Assembly: GCA_964016885.1 (NCBI GenBank)
Contig: OZ024756.1
Coordinates: 42,718,001-42,782,000 of the forward strand
Length of the DNA: 64,000 bases
DNA from: Eledone cirrhosa
Lineage: Eukaryota
Reading direction: 5' to 3'
Shown piece after piece: positions 1 through 11,630 of the stretch (within the stretch, counting starts at the first letter, position 1; each line of letters starts with the position of its first letter). The notes below the pieces were generated by a model that did not search any database, was not told the DNA's origin, and worked only from the letters and a program-made list of their open reading frames with translations. A program made the position numbers and the translations under genes.

Positions 1-770
1 TGTGGTGAGTTCTTTTGGTTGTGACTCCTACATGACCACTTTATAGTGTGGTGGGTACCTTTTGGCTGTGGCTCCTACATGACCACTTTACAGTGTGGTG
101 GGTACCTTTTGTTGTGGCTCCTACATGACCACTTTACAGTGTGGTAAGTACCTTTTGTTGTGGCTCCTACATGACCACTTTACAGTGTGGTGAGTACTTT
201 TGGTTGTGACTCCTACATGACCACTTTATAGTGTGGTGGGTACCTTTTGGTTGTGACTCCTACATGACCACTTTATAGTGTGGTGGGTACCTTTTGGTTG
301 TGACTCCTACATGACCACTTTATAGTGTGGTGGGTACCTTTTGGTTGTGACTCCTACATGACCACTTTATAGTGTGGTGGGTACCTTTTGGTTGTGACTC
401 CTACATGACCACTTTATAGTGTGGTGGGTACCTTTTGGTTGTGGCTCCTACATGACCACTTTACAGTGTGGTAAGTACCTTTTGTTGTGGCTCCTACATG
501 ACCACTTTATAGTGTGGTGAGTTCTTTTGGTTGTGACTGCTACATGACCACTTTACAGTGTGGTTGGTACCTTTTGGTTGTGACTCCTACATGACCACTT
601 TACAGTGTGGTGGGTACCTTTTGGTTGTGACTCCTACATGACCACTTTACAGTGTGGTGGGTACCTTTTGGTTGTGTCTGCTACATGACCACTTTACAGT
701 GTAGTGGGTACCTTTTGGTTGTGTCTGCTACATGACCACTTTACAGTGTGTACTTGAAGAGTGTTGTTGT
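1..770. repeat. 46-47 bp minisatellite (~16 units, continues left of window), unit TGTGGTGGGTACCTTTTGGTTGTGACTCCTACATGACCACTTTAYAG
   Basis: Direct periodicity (e.g. TACCTTTTGG at 241 and 288). Lies in the intron 3' of the copy A C-type Ig exon. Confidence 0.95.
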
Positions 771-1220
771 GTCACCTACAGCACCACATTGTTTTGAGTG
801 GATGGTTGTGTATATGTAAGATGGGGAATGGAGAGCTGGCTCTAAGGTGAGACCTTAATTGTAGCTGTGATAATGAAGGTAGTAGAGTGGTTACAATGAT
901 GATGATGATGAACATGGTTGTAGTGGCAGTCATAGTGATAGTAGTTAAACTGATCAAGATTGTGAAAGTATAAATCCAAACACAAACACAGCAGTACAGG
1001 AATATGTACACACTTAATCAAATATATGAATAATTATGTATTTCAAACATATACATATTCTCACATGGAAACATACAATCATGCATATATACACACATGC
1101 ATGTATTGATAGAGGCAGACATGTATATAAAAATAGGGAACCCCTCTCATCTATACATGCACACACATTCAGATATATATACACAGAAATGTAATACATA
1201 AAAGAAAATAATTTGCTTAC

Positions 1221-1528
1221 TTTTTTCTGTAGGATAGACTAGAAAGGCTAGTTTCATTTTAAATGCTGAACAGGTGATGGTTATATTGGGGTAGTCATCA
1301 ATTGTTACGTTGTAGTCAAACTGTGACTCTAATGAAACATAACAATTGTTAATTTTTGGAACATTCACAGTTTTTTTACTGACTTCTGTTTCGTTCCTTT
1401 GATGTGTTACACTCCATTTAAACTGGACAGACTTTTGCGAATTTGTGGCAACATTTGCACTACATCTGAAGGTAGATATCTGATTAAGTTGCAATTGTCA
1501 GACCACAGATTTTTCAGAGCAGATTTCA
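1221..1528 (-). pseudogene. C-type Ig-domain exon, copy A (7-bp deletion, frameshift)
   Basis: AG acceptor at 1529-1530, GTAAGC donor at 1220. FRC..FKW..NCY..ITC homology to copies B and C. The phase-1 frame reads KSALKNLWSDNCNL.. and stops at TAA 1407-1409. Confidence 0.8.
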
Positions 1529-1569
1529 CTGAAAAGATAAAATGTAAATCTTAGTAAAATAAATAATTG

Positions 1570-1670
1570 TTTCTACTTTTGACACAAGGCCAGCAATTAC
1601 ACAGTACATTACTGGTACTTTATTTTATCGACCCCGTAAGGATGAAAGGCAAAGTTGACCTCGGCGGGAT
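1570..1670 (-). mobile_element. tRNA-derived SINE fragment
   Basis: Core ACTGGTACTTTATTTTATCGACCCCGTAAGGATGAAAGGCAAAG, repeated >10 times in the window. Confidence 0.8.
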
Positions 1671-1877
1671 AATTTTCACATATATTGCAATACAATTTAG
1701 GAAATAAGGACACCAGTAGATAAAAATCAAGCTAATACAACCATGTACACTTTCATATATTTTACATACACACATCTAATGGTAACAAGAGCGAATGTAT
1801 AAAAATACATGATTCGATCTCTTAACCCCTCCACACTTACATCTAACGTAAAACTGATACACATATATATATTTATG

Positions 1878-1913
<36 letters not shown>

Positions 1914-3549
1914 CCAAAATCAGTTCTGTGAGAGCAAAACACGATCCTCCAACCTGGCTGTCTCACAACAGGATAGCACGTCCTACCCATGCTAGAGTGG
2001 AATATGGACCTTAAACAATGATAATGATGAGGATGATGGATGGAGCTTATATGGTCCAACAAGAGTGCTAAACATCGCTCCTTGTTTGGTCAATCACACA
2101 CACACACACATATGTATATATTTTTTCAATACCTTTGCTAACCTAAACCTTAAAATTACTATAGATACGAATCTTACTAATACTAACTTTCTTGATATTA
2201 ATCTTGATCTACATAATGCCTCTTTTAAACCTTATCATAAACCTAACGAGAATTTAAGATATATACACAAAGAGTCTTGCCACCCCCCTATAGTCTTTAA
2301 AAATCCTATTCCTAACATTAGCCGTAGGATTTCCACATTATCTTCGTCTCTAGACATTTTTAACAAATCCGCCCTCAGTAACAGCGGCTTCACTGAACGT
2401 ATTAAATATTTACCTACTCCTCCCTCTAACACTAAACATAATAACAGGAAAAGAAAAATTATTTGGTTTACACCCCCTTCTCTCTAACTGCCAAAACTAA
2501 TGTAGGAAGGAAATTCCTCGACCTCCTAGACAAACATTTTCCCCCTAATCATAGATATCATAAGATATTTAATAGAAATATAGTCAAAATCAGTTACTCT
2601 TGCTGTCCATCAATGAAGACTAAAATTACCAACTCTAATCGTACGAGAGTAAGTCCAAGATGCAGTTGCAGGAAGCCGGAAGAATGCCCATTACAGGGTA
2701 AATGTAATACCAAATCCATTGTGTATGAGGCCAAATTGACACCGATGATTAATAACCAGCCACACAGGAGTGAACGATATGTTGGCACGACTCAGGACAG
2801 ATTCAAAACCAGGTATTATGTACATGTCACTTCTTTTAAACACCCTGAAAAAAGAACAGCAACGGCGCTTGCAAATAAAGTGTGGGAATTCAAAGACAAA
2901 AATATTCCGTACACTATTGATTGGTCTATTTTAGATCATTCAAGAGAATACCAAAGGGACACAAAGAAATGTTCTTTGTGCACCACGGAAAAATTTAGAA
3001 TTCTCCAAAACTTGAAAGCCACTTGCTCAACTCCAAGACCGATATCTTCAGATGTTGTCCACATCTGAAAACGCATCTACTTTTTAACTGGATTGATATT
3101 CCTACGATGACTCAACCACCTTGAGCTTCTTCTTTACTCCTTACGCCTTCCACTCACCACGAATATCATTACCCTATGAACTCATACTTCTTACCCATAT
3201 ATACTTTTTCTCCCTCATCTCCTTCTATACCTCTTTATATTTATTTTTTTCCTATTATTTAAAAAAATTTTCAGTTGACTTATAATCCCCCTACTTTCTA
3301 CCTTACCCTTTACACATACACACCCACCACCTTTATCCTTTACTCAGTTCACTCTTTAACCAGATACTCTTATCTAGATCTCATTGCAAACCTTTTACAA
3401 CACTTTTCCCTTATCTATTCTTAATAATTGTGTTTATTATTTCAAATTTACTTCCCCTTTGTCTTTACTTACCCACTAGGTTTTTATGTTCTCACATAGG
3501 GCTGTGTGCGGGCGCATTTGCAGACAGGCAGGCTCATGTGTACATACAT

Positions 3550-3627
3550 TTATAGTATTTTGGTTATTTATTTGTACGTGTGTATGTATGTGTGTATGTG
3601 TGCGTGTATGTATATGTATGTATATAT

Positions 3628-3681
<54 letters not shown>

Positions 3682-3790
3682 ATATATATATATGTATGTG
3701 TACGTATGTATGTGTGTGTGCGTGTGTATATATGTATATATGTATATACATATGTATGTATATATATATGTATATATATATGTATGTATA

Positions 3791-3869
<79 letters not shown>

Positions 3870-4280
3870 GCGTGTGTATGTATTTGTATGTGTGTGTGTA
3901 TATAATTATTTATGTGTATTGGTTTGTATATATATATTTATGTGTGAGTTTATTTATGTTTATATTATACCTAATTATGGTTCTATGTATGTGTTTACGT
4001 ATATAGTTGTGTGTATGCGGTTGTATATATGCTTTGTTTTTTTCCATATAATCTTACGTATGGTTTTGTATGCGTGTGTTGATTTCTCATTACGTGCGAG
4101 TGCGCGCACGCATGTGTATACGTTTGTACGTAGGGTTTGTACCAATGCTCTTTTTTGTAGGGTTTATGTGTGTGTTACTATATTTGGTTGTATGCATGTT
4201 TTTATATACGTGTATATGCGTGTGTATGTGTACGTATGTTTATTTTATATTTTATATTTTTGTTTATGTATATATGTGTA

Positions 4281-4333
<53 letters not shown>

Positions 4334-4620
4334 ATGTATATACACATACATTTGCGTATGTGTTTTTATACGTGTGGATGAGTATGTGCTTTTTTTTGTG
4401 TGTGCGTGTGTATTTACGTATGTTTGTATACATATATATATATATATATATATGTATACACACATACGTACATACACACGCATACACACACACACAAAAA
4501 AATGCATTTGTGTGTGTGTGCGTGTGTACGTACATATGTATATATATATATATATCTGTGTAGACGTTAAACGATGATGTATATATATACTTTATATATA
4601 TATATTTATGTTTATGCAGA
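3550..4620. repeat. Compound (TA)n/(TG)n microsatellite field
   Basis: Direct inspection. Produces spurious YIYI/CVCV ORFs. Confidence 0.95.
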
Positions 4621-5015
4621 CCTAGTGTATTTGTTAATTTTAATTGTTTTTCCCCCTCCTCTCACTGATCGTTGTTAAAACGTATCCTTTGTTTTTATTT
4701 TTTATTTTTGACTTTATATTTTTTTGTTCTTATTCATTTATTTATTTATTCTTATTACTTCATGTATATGTATGTGTACGTATTTTGTCCATGTAGGTAG
4801 ATACATATACGTTTATGTGATAATGTTTACGTCTACGTACTTTTTAAGTATATGCGCATGGTTGAGTGTGTGTATGTTTATATATTTATTGTTTTTTTTA
4901 TATATATATATGTATTCTTTTTCTTCTACTTCGCCCGTTGTTTCCTCAGCCTCACTTTCATATTTCTTATATTTTGTTTTCAAATCCATATTTAATAAAA
5001 ACACCATGTTTTATT

Positions 5016-5068
5016 CATTCTGACGACTGGTAAATGAAACCACTGGTAAATGAAATAATTATCTTATG
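5016..5068 (+). ncRNA. Degenerate minimal hammerhead ribozyme remnant at the 3' end of the Penelope element
   Basis: CTGACGA...GAAAT-AATT-ATC (palindromic tetraloop, AUC site). Stem II is disrupted by a 13-bp duplication (CTGGTAAATGAAA x2) and stem I is imperfect. Confidence 0.4.
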
Positions 5069-5151
5069 TTGTTTATTACATAACTAATAAGCTCTGTAGC
5101 CTACATAGAGCACTCTTTTTTCCTGTACCTTTCCGACGAAATTACTTCATT

Positions 5152-5183
<32 letters not shown>

Positions 5184-5945
5184 CATATGTATAGATTGAA
5201 GGATAGATAGATAGACATACACTTATGTTTCGTATTTCGACAATGTAGAACTTGTCATTCTGTTTAATTAACCATGATCTAATATTTTGTAGGAAAAACT
5301 CTCTACATTATGTAAGATGAATTGTCACAACAATAACTCTGATATCGTGGGCCATCTCCGAATCAAATATTTTCTCTATTATCTGTGTTTGCCGTAATTC
5401 CTTTATTAATTAACTAATTATGCAATCTGAACCTGATGATGTCGCCAGTGTCCTACGTAACCTGGCCATTGAAATATATACAGTATTTGGGGGTGGGAGG
5501 AAAGTGGGGGAGAATACTGGGGCGGTGGAAGCATTTCTTAATTGGGGGAGGGGGTCAATTTAGTTCTAGTGATTAGTTTAGCTGTTATCAAATATCAACC
5601 AGGATATAAAAAAAAAACTTAACAAAACTTAATAAAACTCCAATAAACACAACATGTATATAAAGTGTAGCCCATATACAAATAGATGTGTGTTTTGTAG
5701 TTTGGGGAGAAAAATATAATAATGGGGTAATTTTGTCTTACTTTGCTGGCTACTCCAACACATTCTCCATTCCATTCTATGGAACCGTAAAGTTACCTGT
5801 GCCTGGGCTACTACACTCCAGAGAAGGCTACCCCACATTGTCAGGGCCCGTATTATTGGGGGTAGTGATGTTATTACTGCACTAAATCATTTATTTTTCT
5901 AAATTTTCTCTCATTTTGAAAGTCATCTTAAATCTAAAGTAACTA

Positions 5946-6125
5946 CTAGGGAGAGCTAGAGGGGGGAGGAGAGCTGGGGTGAGCTAGAGGGGGTAGGAGA
6001 GCTAGAGGGGGAGGAGAGCTAGAGGGAGGAGGAGAGCTAGGGGGAAGGAGAGCTAGAGGGGGGAGGAGAGCTAGAGGGGGAAGGAGAGCTGGGGGAGAGC
6101 AAGAGAGTGGGGGTAGAGGGGGAAG
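5946..6125 (+). repeat. G-rich ~18-21 bp tandem repeat (GGAGAGCTAGAGGGGG)
   Basis: Direct inspection; multiple G4-G6 runs. Confidence 0.85.
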
Positions 6126-6359
6126 GAAAGAATGAATGGAAATAAGTGGGCGTGTGTTAGTGAAAGGTATACCGATAGTAAACTGCAATTAGAGAAGTGG
6201 ACGAAAGGGAGTTTCTGAGGTGAGGTGGAGGGAATAAATGGAAATAAGTGGTTGCTATGCTCTGTTGTAGAACCTTGTGAGACATTTTAGTTGGATGTTC
6301 CCAACACCTACCTGACCTGATATGTACTTAACCCCTTTCTGAACAATATGACAATATAA

Positions 6360-7119
6360 AGATTTTTAGGTGTTTCCACGAGGGAATAACCTAGATATAA
6401 CTGTCCATGGGTAAAATACGATTCTCTTGTATTCAATTCTACAACTTTGAAACTGAGTCTGAGCTTTATGTACGTTCATAGCAAAACTCTCTGACAGGGA
6501 ACTGAAGTGTTGAGAATTGCAGCTCGGCAGAGGAAGGGATAAGAGAAATCTTGGGAATAAATGTATTTTCTCCTTGATGATTGCCTCCAAGAATGGTGAC
6601 CTCTAGGAGATGGTTCGTCATCCCCTAGCTGTAAAACGTGTGCCATTGCTTAGAAGTAGTAGGTCCACATTTCTCAAAAGGATGAGGAAGTTCCAATATT
6701 TTATATTATATGTAGATATAGCTATATAGATATAGATAATTGTATATAAATATGTGTGTGAGTAAACCAACGTCCGAATCGTGTGTCTAATTCTGTATAT
6801 CTGATTAAGTATTTACGTAAAGATTTATGTCTATGTAACTTACTAATGCGTAACGTACATAACGAATGAGAAAACACACATACACTCACAGACACACACT
6901 CATATACAACATGTGACATCGTCGTTATGTTATAAAATATCCATTTATTTATAGTAGATTATTTTAGATAAAGTGTTATATTGTTTTAATCTAAATGAAA
7001 ATAAAATTATATCTTGTTACTCCCGGGGTCTAATACTATGTAAAATTTGATTTGATTTGGTCAAGCCGTTTGGGATTGCATAAAGAAAAGACAGACAAAG
7101 AATTTTATATATATATAGA
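6360..7119 (-). mobile_element. Helitron remnant with degenerate PIF1 helicase C-terminal fragment (copy A)
   Basis: Broken-frame translation LRN..SNGTR..LEVTILGG..GENTFIPKISLIP..QFPVRESFAMNVHKAQ..HGQLY matches the Helitron helicase NGTR/QFP/FAMTINKSQGQ/HGQLY motifs. A|TCTATATATATATAAAATT at 7120 resembles a Helitron 5' end. Confidence 0.75.
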
Positions 7120-7533
7120 TATAAATTAATTATCAAAAAAGTTATTAGGTTTTTTAATGGCTTTGTTACTTTGGGGCCACGCTGTATATGAAAAATTGGA
7201 AATTTTTATAACTTTCAAACTTTTAAAAAGTTTCTTTCGTTCTGTGTGATCTGTAGAATTGACGTGACTTATTAGTGTCTAAGGAAATCTGGGGGAGAAA
7301 ACACCTACAGAAAAACCCACAGAACCTGAAAAAAGACATTCAGACAGATATTTACAGTTATAGTTGACTAATATCGGATATCGCTTGGGACCGGAGGTGT
7401 AACTAGGTAAAATAGCATTTATGGCAAGCAATGAAATTCTGCCAAAACAACTGACACCCATCTTTCTTTTAGATAACCATAAAATCAGCTCAAAAATACC
7501 AATCACGCCGCCGTGCACAAACTCTTTATATAT

Positions 7534-7575
<42 letters not shown>

Positions 7576-7579
7576 AATT

Positions 7580-7762
7580 GTTTCTACTTGTCACATGGCC
7601 AGCAATTATCCCAGTGTATTACTGGTACTTATTTTATCGACCCCGTAAGGATGAAAGGTAAAGTTAACCTCGGCCGGATTTGAATTCAGATCATAAATGG
7701 AGGTAACTCTATGCTTCAAAGCATGGCGCCCGACCCTCTACCGATACTGCCAATCCACCGAA
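7580..7762 (-). mobile_element. tRNA-derived SINE
   Basis: SINE core plus tRNA-like head (B-box-like GAATTCAAATCC on minus strand). Confidence 0.8.
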
Positions 7763-8179
7763 ATGGTTTCTAATTGGATGTAGTGTGTATAAGAGAAGGC
7801 TGTGTTGGTATGAACATGTGATGTCTATGGAAGGTAACAACAGAGAATCTCTTGGAAGAGGTAGATCTAAGGAAACATGGCAGGAAGTAGTGAAGACTGA
7901 CCTTCAAAAGCCAGGACTAAAGGGAGTAGCCATATGCTGTACTGAAGACCTTCCTAATACTTTTTAATGAACAGAGAAGAGGTGTAGCCATTATCTTCAG
8001 ACTAAAGACTTGTCACAAACACATTCAAACTGACTGACATTAATAACACATTATATTTTTAAATTCAGATATTATTTACATGACGAAATCCCACTCTAGT
8101 TAAAGGAAATAGTTAACTGATTTTATCAATATTTTAAAATACAGTTTTCAATGACACAATAACATTACTACTATTGATC

Positions 8180-8345
8180 TGTGGATTGGTAGTATCGGTA
8201 GAGAGTCGGACGCCATGCTTTACAACATAGTTACGTCCCTTTACGGTCTGAGTTCAAATGTAGCCGAGGTTAACTTTGCCTTTCATCCTTACGGGGTCGA
8301 TAAAATAAAGTACCAGTAATGTACTGGGTATTTGCTGGCCTTGTG
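8180..8345 (+). mobile_element. tRNA-derived SINE
   Basis: A-box-like TGGTAGTATCGG, B-box-like GAGTTCAAAT, core CCTTTCATCCTTACGGGGTCGATAAAATAAAGTACCAG. Confidence 0.8.
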
Positions 8346-8579
8346 CTATTGATCTCAAACAGGTATTAATATAGAAAATTAGAAGACTAACAAGGGACGG
8401 AGCTGTTATTGATGAAAACTGTACCACATATATTTGGCTGGTAGGGCGAATATCTTACCTGGGCATATATTGAGAGGGAGGGGGTAGAGTGGGAGTGTGG
8501 GAGAAAGAGAGCGAGAGGGGGTGTAAAAGACAGAAAGAGCAACATGGGGAAAATTAAATTGTCTTTTGTCTTAACTTAC

Positions 8580-8700
8580 CGCCTGAAGTGGAACGAGCCA
8601 TCATCATCATCACCATAACTATTACCATAGTCCTCAACAGGTTGGGCAGAAATAAGCGCCGACTGCCCCCATCAACAGTTGTAATATAACAGCAAGACAT
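8580..8700 (-). CDS. Signal-peptide (leader) exon, IgSF copy A: MSCCYITTVDGGSRRLFLPNLLRTMVIVMVMMMMARSTSG
   Basis: ATG at 8700, 40 codons + 1 nt, G|GTAAGT donor, hydrophobic core and TSG cleavage motif. Identical by inspection to 22979-23099. Confidence 0.75.
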
Positions 8701-8889
8701 ACTTTGATCCAGGTAAAATATGAATTGTAACAGAAATAAAAATATATTTTACAATAGTTTTTCATATCTAATTAATGTCTGTGATGTAATAAAATTAATT
8801 AAAAGAAATGTACAAATTATAAGGTAATAAAACAGGTTAATCTAAACATAAATATTGTGTATATGTGAAGTTATGTGTGTATATATATA

Positions 8890-9582
8890 TTCTAGTGCGG
8901 GTAAAATTCCCGAGATCCATGGACGAGTTCTCTCCAGCGGTCTCTGTCCCTCATTATCGCTGCCAGGTCCTGCGTCTCCAACAGACCAGTGTCTGATGCA
9001 GGAGGTTGAGACTGTCGATGAGTGTGGGGCTGAGAATGAATGAGACTAAAACAAAATATCTGGTAGAGAATGTTGAGAAGCCAGAGGGGATCACTAATGT
9101 ATGCGGGAAGCCGATATAATTGGTTGAGGACTTCCTATATTTGGGAGCAAAGATTGGGAATACGGAAGATGATGTGGTTGAGAGGAAGAGCAAAGCCTGG
9201 GCGGCGTGCCACAGCTTGAGATCGGTGTGGAAGTCGGACCTTCGTAAAGACCTGAAAATCCGCCTCTTCATTGCTGTAGTGGAGTCTGTGCTGCTGTACG
9301 GGTCTGAGACTTGGACACCGACCAAGAAACTCACTCAGAAGGTGGATGGGTGCTACACGAGATTGCTGAGGATGGCTCTGAACATTAATCAGTATACACT
9401 GAGGATAAAAAACGCAGAGCTGTATGGGAGCCGCCCAAAAGTCAGCTCAAAAGTGACACAGAGGAGACTGAGGTTAGCTGGACATGCTCACCGACATCCA
9501 GAGTTAACATTGCACTGTGCTCCTGTGGGAGCCCCAACATGGACACACTGGAAGTGGAAGACCACGGTTAACGTATGTTGAT
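8890..9582 (-). mobile_element. RTE-clade LINE 3' fragment with inverted 5' segment (twin-priming structure)
   Basis: 8890-8996 is the minus-strand 3' end (TDTGLL..RDRDRWRELV). 8996-9582 is the plus-strand RT C-terminus (FLYLG..KAW..VESVLLYGSETW..RLRLAGH..GRPRLTYVD). Flanked by (TA)n. Confidence 0.85.
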
Positions 9583-9584
9583 AT

Positions 9585-9872
9585 ATATATATATCTATCT
9601 ATCTATCTAAGGCGGGTAAAATTCCTGAGATCCATGGACGAGTTCTCTCCAGCGGTCTCTGTCCCTCATTATCGCTGCCATGTCCTGCGTCTCCAACAGA
9701 CCAGTGTCTGTCCTTAGGGCATCAACATACGTTAACCTTGGTCTTCCTCTTTTAGTGTGTCCATGTAGGGGCTCCCAAAGGAGTACTGAGTGCAATGTCA
9801 ACTCTGGATGTCGGTGAGCATGTCCAGCCAACCTCAGTCTCTTCTGTGTCACTTTTGAGCTGACTTTTGGGA
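9585..9872 (-). mobile_element. Second 5'-truncated copy of the same RTE LINE with (ATAG)n/(AT)n tail
   Basis: ORF 9607-9852 RLRLAGHAHRH..GRPRLTYVDALRTDTG..RDRWRELV*. Confidence 0.88.
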
Positions 9873-10228
9873 TATATATATATATGTGTGTGTGTGTAAA
9901 TAGTAAACAGAAAGTAACAACACAATCGGTACAGTATATGGAAGGAATATATTAGGTTAACAAATAAAGTTGATTTTTCTTGTTTTCTTAAATCCCAGAA
10001 TGAAAGTAGTTAAAATAATCCGTATGTGAATAAACAACACATATACCACATATATATTTCTCTAGAGTGGTGAGCGTGTATTAGAGAAAAATATATTTTG
10101 AAATGAAATCTAAAAACAAAAGAAGAACGACCAACTTTTAAAAATGGAACAAGTTGCAGGTAATATAGTAACAGGCTATTTTCCCTCAACTGACTTGACT
10201 TGAAAGTTAGTAGCAGCACAAATACACA

Positions 10229-10330
10229 CTTACGTATGTAGCGTTCCAAATGTTATGATCAAAGAACGCCGTCTCATCATCTAACTCTCTGTAACAGAGT
10301 TTAGTTATTTTTTCTTTTTAAAACCACAAT
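10229..10330 (-). promoter_or_regulatory. Candidate 5'-UTR exon/donor (TAC|GTAAGT) upstream of the copy A leader exon; homolog at ~24509-24610
   Basis: Consensus donor in a non-repetitive block conserved between units. A matching CAG acceptor lies at 8779-8780 (23179-23180 in copy B). No transcript evidence. Confidence 0.3.
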
Positions 10331-11197
10331 AAAATTTTCTCTCTCTTCCTTTCTTTCCCTCTCCTTATTGTCATGTAATTTTCCTTTTCCTCTCTCTCTT
10401 GACATATCTTTCTTTTTCTCCATATTCCCAACCCCCTCTCTCTCGTACACCATCTATTTCTCTTATCTTCGACTTTTACTCAAATTCTTTCTTCTCTCTC
10501 TCTTACATCATCTATTTTTCTCTCTGTCTCTCTCTTTCTCTTTCTCTCTCTCTTTTACTATCTCTTTCTCTCACATCCCCTCTCTTTCTCGTAATCATCC
10601 TCTACGTCCTTCTCTATAGAATGGAAAAAGAGAGATAATTCCAAAACAAAATGGCCAGATTGTTTTTAAATGATAACAGGAAAATAAATAACATTGAATT
10701 CCATATAAATTACTGTTTCGTTTCATTTTTCTTCTTTCATATTTCCACCAAAATTTTCAAAGATATTTATACATCTGTAAATTAATATATTGTCTGTAAT
10801 TTTATGAAATTTTGTAATTACTATGAATTCGTTAGTTTTATATCGAATAATAATAATTGTTTTTACTTTTGGCACAAGACCAACAATTATTCAAGTTTAT
10901 TACTGGTACTTTATTTTATAGACGTCGTAATGATGAAAGGCAAATTTAACCTCGGCGGGATAATAAATGATTCTTTTGCAAGCAAACCTCCCCAATACGC
11001 TATGTTTTTTTAGATGACAATCGTCATCCTTTTTTTTTTTTCTTTTTGTGGCTTGCCTTACTTATATATCAGGTGCTGCGTGTGAGGGTGCTTGGTTGCT
11101 CCAGCGCCTTAGCCACGCCATCACCATATTGTCTTGCCTCAAAAAGTATTAAGGGTGGTTCCGGCACTCCTTGAGGTTGTGACTGATTGACAAACTT

Positions 11198-11580
11198 AAT
11201 GTTTGGGAGGGTCATGCTGCCAATTAAAAACACACACACGCATCTGTTGGTTTTCACTTCAATTTATTATGAATTATAAACACACAAAAACAAGGTGGTA
11301 TAGGACAGAACAAAGGAGAGACACAAAATAACAAATGTTTCACTGAAGAGGTCACAGAATGTGTGACGAAAGACAATGTTTAGCGACTGTGCTTCATTTC
11401 CTTTTTTTTTTCTTTTTTTTTTTTACTTTCTATTATTCTATTATAGAGCTTTGACAATAAACAAATAAACAACCATCTGGTTATTAAACTAACCAATTGG
11501 TAGTTAATAATAAACTGAAGTGAAAACTAACAGGTGCATTTGTTTTTATTCGAAGCACGACTCTCTGAAAGTATAACATG
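11198..11580. mobile_element. MITE-like element with ~70-bp imperfect terminal inverted repeats
   Basis: GTCATGCTGCCAATTAAAAAC..CTGTTGGTTTTCACTTCAATTTATTA versus TAATAAACTGAAGTGAAAACTAACAGG..GTTTTTATT..GCA(C/T)GACTC. Confidence 0.65.

Positions 11581-11628
<48 letters not shown>

Positions 11629-11630
<2 letters not shown>

Larger units (their letters stand above)
2120..5150 (+). mobile_element. 5'-truncated Penelope-like retroelement (RT C-terminus/thumb plus GIY-YIG endonuclease, Naiad-like), frameshifted, with microsatellite-rich 3' region
   Basis: ORFs 2065-2487 and 2463-3068 contain FLD, HPP, IIWFTPP/FS, CSC..CPLQGKC, VYEA..YVGTT..FKTR..H..SF and CSLCTTEK motifs. The insertion is absent from the homologous (CA)n/(TA)n site of copy B at ~18525-18680. 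Confidence 0.88.
1221..8700 (-). pseudogene. IgSF gene copy A, probable pseudogene (leader exon plus frameshifted C-type exon; V exon absent; tail exon presumably left of window)
   Basis: Leader exon 8580-8700 matches copy B. Sequence at ~1675 joins the homolog of ~18080, so the ~3.1 kb containing the V exon is missing. The C exon is 308 bp versus 315 bp in copies B and C. Confidence 0.75.

Noticed and set aside
1-770. CRISPR-like regular repeats (also considered for 30061-64000)
   Set aside because: No unique spacers, no cas genes, eukaryotic intron context; these are plain tandem repeats.
772-1011. Hydrophobic ORFs repeated at 14176 and 27670
   Set aside because: Intronic; frames differ between copies and hydrophobicity comes from (GAT)n repeats.
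3476-4577. Overlapping YIYI/CVCV ORFs
   Set aside because: Dinucleotide microsatellite translations
7160-7188. Tc1/mariner-like TIR end (TTACTTTGGGGCCACGCTGTATA)
   Set aside because: No partner TIR or transposase found; too short to call.
10010-10249. 79-aa ORF conserved at 24290-24529
   Set aside because: Non-ATG start and no recognisable motif; conservation is explained by the recent segmental duplication.
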